Assembly: GCA_965219995.1 (NCBI GenBank)
Contig: CBDCOX010000002.1
Coordinates: 4,128,001 to 4,192,000 of the forward strand
Direction: 5' to 3'
Origin: Candidatus Latescibacterota bacterium
GTDB lineage: Bacteria > Latescibacterota > UBA2968 > GCA-2709665
DNA: 64,000 bases
The notes beneath the pieces are model-generated. The model saw only the letters and a list, made by a program, of their open reading frames with translations, did not search any database and had not been told where the DNA came from. Below are positions 58,442-64,000 of the stretch, piece after piece. Positions within the stretch are counted from its first letter, which is position 1, and every line of letters starts with the position of its first letter. A program made the position numbers and the translations under genes.

Positions 58442-61132
58442 GTGAACGCGGGCAGTCTGTTTTACCCTGCGGAGTTGATTGAAAAGGCAAAACGCAATGC
58501 CGAGAACCACGCCTGGGCGAAGCGGTCGCGGGACCGGATCGTGGAGGCGGCGCAACCCTGGATGGCGTTCTCTGACGATGAGCTGTGGGACCTGATGTTC
58601 GGAAGTACCGTCCGGAGGTCCTGGATGGTCTGGTCCAACGGGCACTGTCCGGCCTGCAAGGAGGGTGTGCCCATGTACAACTGGCGGATCGAGGCGTTGC
58701 GCGTTCCGTGGAAACTTCGATGCCCGCACTGCGGACAGCTGTTTCCCAAGAACGACTTCCACGCGTTCTACCGGTCGGGCTTGGACGAGCACGGGGTGTT
58801 TCAGCACGGCCTCGCGGACAGATCGCTGCTGTTCAATACCGGGCATCCGGATCCGGACGACCCGCTGCACAGGTTCGGCGTGGACGACGGCGAGGGGTAC
58901 CGGGATGGAGAGAATATCTGGTGGTTTGTCGGGACCTACCTGGTCTACGGACAATGGAAGCAGGTCGTACACGGCGGGATCAAGGCGCTCGCGGCGGCGT
59001 ACGCGGCAACCGGCGACCCGGCGTACGCCCACAAGGCGGGGGTGCTGCTGGACCGTGTGGCGGATCTGTACACGACGTTCAATTTCAAAGACCAGGCGAT
59101 GATGTACGAAGGGCCGGCCCACGCGGGGTACGTGTCCACCTGGCACGACGCGTGCGAGGAAGCCCGGGAACTGGCGCAGGCGTACGACCAGGTGCGGGAC
59201 GCCCTGCGGGACGACGACACGCTGGCCCGTTTTCTCAACGGGAAGGCCGCGAAGTACGGCATCGAGGCGAGCAAGGCGTTGCCCGGAGACGTGACCCGCA
59301 ATATCGAGGAGGGAATCCTGCGGGATACGATCGGTAACCACGAACGTATCCGGTCCAACTATCCCCGCAAGGAAATCGCCCTGATTACGATACATTCGGT
59401 GCTGGACTGGGAGGGAAACCGAGACAAGGTCTACGGGTTGATCGACGAGATGATGGAACGCGCGACCGCGGTAGACGGCGTGACCGGTGAAAAAGGCCTC
59501 GCGGGTTACTGTTCGGGGGTCATCCAGAGCCTGGCGCAGTTCCTCGCCCGGTTCAGCCGGGTCGATCCCGGATTCCTGCGAGACATGCTGGCCCGGCACC
59601 CGAAGCTGAGGCAGACCTACCGGTTCCATATCGATACGTGGTGCCTCCAGCGATACTACCCGCAGGTGGGCGATACGGGCGCCTTTGCCGTGCAGGTCGA
59701 AAAATACGTGGGCGTCTCCTTCTCGGACGACCCCGGTCTGGAACCGTCGATGTTCGCATTCCTGTGGCGTCTCTACCGGGAAACGGGAGATGCGGCCTAT
59801 GTGCAGGCCCTGTTCCAGTCCAACGGGAATACCGTGGACGAGCTGCCACGGGACCTGTTTGCGGACGATCCGACAGCCTTTCAGAACGACGTCCGGGCAG
59901 TGATCGACGCCAGCGGGACGGAGATTGAACAGGCCAGTGTCAACAAGACGGAGTGGCGGCTGGCCGTGCTGCGGTCCGGCCGGGGCGACAACCGTCGCGC
60001 GGCGTGGCTGGACTACGATTCGGGCGGGCCGCACGGGCATTCCGATGGAATGAACCTGGGCCTGTTTGCAATGGGCATGGACCTGATGCCGGATTTCGGA
60101 TACCCTCCGGTACACTTCGGGGGCTGGTCCGGGCCGAAATTCCACTGGTACGTGAGCACCGCGGGTCACAATACGGTGGTTGTCGACGGCAAGGACCAGG
60201 AGCGACCTGCGGATGGAGACGCCGCGCTTTGGGCCGATGGCGAATGCTTCAGGGCAATCCGGGCCGACGGTTCCGCGCTGTACAGGATTCCCCGGTATGA
60301 ACGCACGGTGGCGATGGTGGATGTTTCGGAGCACAGCAGCTATCTTCTGGACGTATTCCGTGTGGTGGGCGGGAGAGACCACGCGAAGTTCATGCACAGT
60401 CACTTCGGCGCTGTTTCGACGCATGGGCTCATACTGGCGCCCGCCGAGGATTTCGGATACGAGACGCAGATGCGGAATTTCCGGCGTGACGGACAGCCCG
60501 ATTCCGGATGGCACGCGGACTGGAAGGTGGAGGACCGGTACGGATATATCGAGGAGGGCCGCGACGTCCACCTGCGTTACACCGATCTGACGGACGAAGC
60601 GGAGGCGTGTACGGCCGAGGCGTGGGTCGCACTGCGGGGGTTCGGCGGCAACGAGACCGCATGGATTCCCCGGGTGATGGTGCGGCGTCAGTCCGACGAT
60701 GAGCCGCTGGCATCCGCGTTTGTCGGGGTGATTGAAGCCTATGAGGGCGCGCCCGCGGTCTCGGGCGTTCGCCGGCTATCCATGGAAGGGGAAATCGAAC
60801 GTGGTCGACAGCTGACGGACGTAGGCGTGGAGATCGATCTCGCGGACGGGCGGCGTGACGTGATTCTGGCCCGAGACGTGGAAAACACCGTGCGCGACGG
60901 CGGCCAGATGGTGCGCAGGGACTGGAGCATGCGTACCGACGGAGAGTTGTGCATGGTGCGCAGAGGCGCCGACGGATCCGTCTCAAGGATTGCGTTTTGT
61001 AACGGAAAGAGCCTCCGGGCGGGCGATACCGTTCTGGATTTCGAGAACAGAACGGAATACGCGGAGGTCGGATTCGAATCCGGTGCTCCTGTGATTCTCG
61101 CCGGTAGAGGAACCCTGATGCGACAAGACTGA
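58442..61132 (+). CDS. Heparinase II/III family protein
   Basis: FGVDDGEG, HGHSDGMNL, DFGYP, HNTVVVDG, YERTVA, YLLDVFRV.GG; GAGGAGG RBS. Confidence 0.85.
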   Translation: MNAGSLFYPAELIEKAKRNAENHAWAKRSRDRIVEAAQPWMAFSDDELWDLMFGSTVRRSWMVWSNGHCPACKEGVPMYNWRIEALRVPWKLRCPHCGQLFPKNDFHAFYRSGLDEHGVFQHGLADRSLLFNTGHPDPDDPLHRFGVDDGEGYRDGENIWWFVGTYLVYGQWKQVVHGGIKALAAAYAATGDPAYAHKAGVLLDRVADLYTTFNFKDQAMMYEGPAHAGYVSTWHDACEEARELAQAYDQVRDALRDDDTLARFLNGKAAKYGIEASKALPGDVTRNIEEGILRDTIGNHERIRSNYPRKEIALITIHSVLDWEGNRDKVYGLIDEMMERATAVDGVTGEKGLAGYCSGVIQSLAQFLARFSRVDPGFLRDMLARHPKLRQTYRFHIDTWCLQRYYPQVGDTGAFAVQVEKYVGVSFSDDPGLEPSMFAFLWRLYRETGDAAYVQALFQSNGNTVDELPRDLFADDPTAFQNDVRAVIDASGTEIEQASVNKTEWRLAVLRSGRGDNRRAAWLDYDSGGPHGHSDGMNLGLFAMGMDLMPDFGYPPVHFGGWSGPKFHWYVSTAGHNTVVVDGKDQERPADGDAALWADGECFRAIRADGSALYRIPRYERTVAMVDVSEHSSYLLDVFRVVGGRDHAKFMHSHFGAVSTHGLILAPAEDFGYETQMRNFRRDGQPDSGWHADWKVEDRYGYIEEGRDVHLRYTDLTDEAEACTAEAWVALRGFGGNETAWIPRVMVRRQSDDEPLASAFVGVIEAYEGAPAVSGVRRLSMEGEIERGRQLTDVGVEIDLADGRRDVILARDVENTVRDGGQMVRRDWSMRTDGELCMVRRGADGSVSRIAFCNGKSLRAGDTVLDFENRTEYAEVGFESGAPVILAGRGTLMRQD

Positions 61133-61155
61133 CCTTTTGGAGGAGCAACGGGGCG

Positions 61156-63087
61156 ATGGGCTCGGAACCGGACTACGGTGTTGTTGTCGCCAAAGACGTC
61201 ATGGTGCCCATGCGGGACGGCGTCCGGCTGGCGACGGACGTCTACCGGCCAGCGCGCGACGGTGAACCGGCGCCCGGCAGGTTTCCCGCGATTCTGGGGC
61301 GGACGTCGTACGACAAGAGCAGTCCCCGGATGTGGGTGGAGCCGGTTGGCATGTTCTTTGCCAGGCATGGGTACGTTACGGTAGTCCAGGACCTGCGGGG
61401 CAGGCACCGGTCCGAGGGGACCGGGCAATACTACCATACGGCCAATCCCGGTGAGGGAAAGGACGGTTACGATACGGTGTCCTGGATAGGGGAACAGCCC
61501 TGGTCCAACGGTCGCGTGGGCACGGTGGGAAGCTCGCACGGAGCGATCGTTCAGGCGGTGATGGCGCTGTACCGCCCGCCGAATCTCGCGGCGATGTGGC
61601 AGGACGTGGGCCCGACCAACATGTACGCGCATTGCTCCCGCGAGGGAGGCGCGATGGCGCTCCACATGTTCGGCGCCATGTTCCTGCACGGGCACGACGC
61701 CCAGGAGATCAGGGACGACCCGGCCGCCGTGAAGGCGTTCGCGGATGCCATGGAGCGGATGAGGGAACTGGTCTACGCCACCCCGTTCAGGCCGGGGGAC
61801 ACGCCCCTGGCCGCGGTGCCCAATCTGGAAAAGATACTCTTCGACTACTATTATCGGGGCGAGTACGACGAGTTCTGGCAGCAGGAGTGCTGTGACCAGG
61901 AGCGGCATTTCGAACGGCACGGCGATATCCCGTCCGTATTCAGCGGGGGCTGGTACGATCCGTTCGCGGGGGCGACCACCGGTTATTTCACGGCGATGTC
62001 GAAACAGAACCGGACGCCCCAGCGGCTGTTGATGGGTCCGTGGAACCACGGCGGTATACGAGGAGAGGGCGATTCGTTCGCCGGCGACGTGGATTTCGGA
62101 CCCGACGCGGCCTGGGGCGACGACGTGTACAACCGGGAGCGGCTGCGGTGGTTCGACCGATGGTTGAAGGGGTTTGCCAACGCCGTGGATGACGATCCTC
62201 CCGTGCGAATCTTCGTCATGGGAGGCGGCGACGGGCGCCGCAACGCGGAGGGCCGCCTGAACCATGGCGGGACCTGGCGTTCGGAGCGGGAGTGGCCGCT
62301 CGCAAGGACGGTCCATACCCCGTATTATCTCCGCGAGGGCGGCCATCTGAGCGTGGAAATTCCGGCGGAAGGGGAGAGTCGGGCTGATTATCAGCACGAC
62401 CCCGACAATCCTGTGCCGACCATCGCGGGGAACGTGACCGGCTTTTACGAACTGGTACCGCTCGGCGACGGGATGGTGGAGCGATACACGCCGCCGAGAG
62501 CGCGGATGCGCAGCATTGTGCTGGACGGAGCCGCGCATCAACAGGAGGCGCCCGGGATCGTCGGCGCCGCACCGCCGTATCCGCTCCTGGCGTCCCGGGA
62601 CGACGTGCTGGTCTTTCAGACGGGTCCGCTGGCCGAGGACGTCGAGGTGACCGGCCCGATTGCGGCAAATCTCTGGATCGCTTCCACCGCCGTGGATACG
62701 GACTTTACCGCTAAGCTGATCGACGTGTATCCCGCCAGCGAAGACGATCCGGCGGGCTATCATATGAATCTTGTCGACTCCATCATCCGCACACGATACC
62801 GGAACGGGTGGGAGCAAGCGGAAATGATGAAGCCCGGAGACGTCTATGCCGTGAAGATCGATTTGCCGCCGACGAGCAATCTGTTCAAACGCGGCCACCG
62901 GATCCGGGTGGATATCTCCAGCAGCAATTTTCCCCGATTCGACGTCAATCCGAATACGGGAGAGCCCGTAGGACGACATACGCATTCGGTAATCGCCCGC
63001 AACACCGTTTACATGGACCTCGCGCGGCCTTCCCACGTTGTGCTGCCGATCATCCCGTTGCCGGAGGGAAGAAGAGATGACCGGTGA
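61156..63087 (+). CDS. CocE/NonD family hydrolase
   Basis: MRDGVRLATDVYRP, QDLRGR..SEG, GSSHG nucleophile, GGWYD, GPWNH, ISSSNFPRFDVN. Confidence 0.92.
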   Translation: MGSEPDYGVVVAKDVMVPMRDGVRLATDVYRPARDGEPAPGRFPAILGRTSYDKSSPRMWVEPVGMFFARHGYVTVVQDLRGRHRSEGTGQYYHTANPGEGKDGYDTVSWIGEQPWSNGRVGTVGSSHGAIVQAVMALYRPPNLAAMWQDVGPTNMYAHCSREGGAMALHMFGAMFLHGHDAQEIRDDPAAVKAFADAMERMRELVYATPFRPGDTPLAAVPNLEKILFDYYYRGEYDEFWQQECCDQERHFERHGDIPSVFSGGWYDPFAGATTGYFTAMSKQNRTPQRLLMGPWNHGGIRGEGDSFAGDVDFGPDAAWGDDVYNRERLRWFDRWLKGFANAVDDDPPVRIFVMGGGDGRRNAEGRLNHGGTWRSEREWPLARTVHTPYYLREGGHLSVEIPAEGESRADYQHDPDNPVPTIAGNVTGFYELVPLGDGMVERYTPPRARMRSIVLDGAAHQQEAPGIVGAAPPYPLLASRDDVLVFQTGPLAEDVEVTGPIAANLWIASTAVDTDFTAKLIDVYPASEDDPAGYHMNLVDSIIRTRYRNGWEQAEMMKPGDVYAVKIDLPPTSNLFKRGHRIRVDISSSNFPRFDVNPNTGEPVGRHTHSVIARNTVYMDLARPSHVVLPIIPLPEGRRDDR

Positions 63088-63137
63088 ATGCAAGTGTTCT
63101 TTCCCGGAAATTAGTCGCCTGAATTCGGTCGGAGAAA

Positions 63138-63372
63138 AGCAGCGATCAGCTCTCAGCCGTCAGCTTGAACCAAGAGCGAGAATCAACTTCAAAATCTCCC
63201 TTTCCCCAGATTTCCTAAAGGCGGGGAGACGTAAGACGGGAGACGGGAGATGATATCAGTGCCATATGGTATTTCTTGTCGTTACGATAAAGGTAGAGAA
63301 ACAGGCACGGTTAGCGTGAAAACACTGTGGTAACGTTATCCTCTACCGTCTCACGTCTAACGTCTAACCGAA
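63138..63372. repeat. Heptamer-armed repeat element, copy H (inverted relative to G)
   Basis: AGCAGCGATCAGCTCTCAGCCGTCAGC...GGAGACGTAAGACGGGAGACGGGAGATG...GAAACAGGCACGGTTAGCGTGAAAACACTGTGGTAACG...CCGTCTCACGTCTAACGTCTAACCG. Confidence 0.88.
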
Positions 63373-63478
63373 GTCAGGAGATCACAACGCAGCGACAAGG
63401 TATGAATCTGCGGAAGAATGGTGAGGTATTCTTGGGACAGGACACTGAAACTGAGCGCTTTATACAGGGAGACGAGTA

Positions 63479-64000
63479 ATGGCAACGAGCGAACCGACGG
63501 TGCAGAGATTGTTTGACTTGACCGGAAAGGTGGCGCTGGTGACGGGCGGTACGGGGTTTCTGGGATCGGCGTTCGCCAGCGCGCTGGCCGAGGCGGGGGC
63601 GAGGGTCGTCATCAGCAGCAGAGAGCGCAGCCGCGCCGAGGCAGCGGTCGCGACGTTGCCTGGCGACGCCGCTCATGTGGGCGTTCGGCTGGACCATATG
63701 GATGGGGGATCCATCGAAGCCGGTTTTGCCGATGCGGTGGAAGCAACCGGCCAGATCGACGTACTGGTCAACAACGGTAACGAAGGCGTGCTGAACGACT
63801 GGACGGACGTGACGCACGAACAGTTCGCGAAGCAACAGGGAAACGTTGCCGGATATTTCACGCTTGCCAGGCTGGTGCGAAACGATGCCGTGGAGCGGGG
63901 TGAGCCCGCGAGCGTTGTGATGCTCGGGTCCATGTACGGTCAGGTGGCGTCCTACCCGGACGCATACGCGGGAGTGTGTCCGGCCAGCCCCGCGGCCTAT
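63479..64000 (+). CDS. SDR family oxidoreductase (truncated at the window end)
   Basis: Own translation: MATSEPTVQRLFDLTGKVALVTGGTGFLG...IDVLVNNG...LGSMYG. Confidence 0.85.
   Translation, partial: MATSEPTVQRLFDLTGKVALVTGGTGFLGSAFASALAEAGARVVISSRERSRAEAAVATLPGDAAHVGVRLDHMDGGSIEAGFADAVEATGQIDVLVNNGNEGVLNDWTDVTHEQFAKQQGNVAGYFTLARLVRNDAVERGEPASVVMLGSMYGQVASYPDAYAGVCPASPAAY

Noticed and set aside
58322-60571. N-terminal 750 aa of the 1155-aa minus-strand ORF
   Set aside because: Antisense shadow of the heparinase gene in GC-rich DNA; the real gene most likely starts at 58321 after a GAGGA RBS
785-63372. Heptamer repeats as integron attC sites (GTTAGAC fits GTTRRRY, GTCTAAC fits RYYYAAC)
   Set aside because: The order is the reverse of attC (GTTAGAC is on the left arm), the 7-mers are tandemly reiterated, flanking genes are not co-oriented cassettes, and no integrase is present
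1-64000. tRNA, rRNA, tmRNA, integrase or transposase genes marking the island boundaries
   Set aside because: None recognised by eye; tRNAscan-SE and Infernal would be needed to exclude them formally

Overview
GC-rich bacterial chromosome window. The gene content (two PhyH dioxygenases, two heparinase II/III-like proteins, a DUF6785-type membrane protein, many dehydrogenases) suggests a Latescibacterota/Poribacteria-like heterotroph or symbiont; this taxonomy is inference only. About 57 CDS were found, mostly catabolic enzymes, and no rRNA, tRNA, CRISPR array or transposase was seen. There are two accessory blocks. (1) A metal-uptake island at ~31.8-40.1 kb: ABC transporter, Fur/Zur regulator, TonB receptor, PepSY-TM protein, ferredoxin-like protein and COG0523 GTPase. 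It has two 20-bp Fur-type boxes and what looks like a decayed cobalamin riboswitch. (2) A more AT-rich defence-like island at ~41.5-46.9 kb: an antitoxin-like gene with an internally deleted RelE-like toxin, then a small ORF, a multi-ubiquitin-domain Ubl with no C-terminal Gly, a DUF6791-like/ThiF E1, DUF6527, an EcoRI-family MTase and a DUF262-HNH nuclease, all co-oriented. The Ubl/E1/DUF6527 module is the best candidate for a poorly characterised system. Intergenic DNA also carries at least 8 copies of a modular repeat family built from inverted heptamer arms ((GAGACGN)n...(CGTCTCN)n and (CAGCNNT)n) around three recurring cores, plus several REP-like palindrome families. Family assignments come from motif recognition by eye; no database searches were run.
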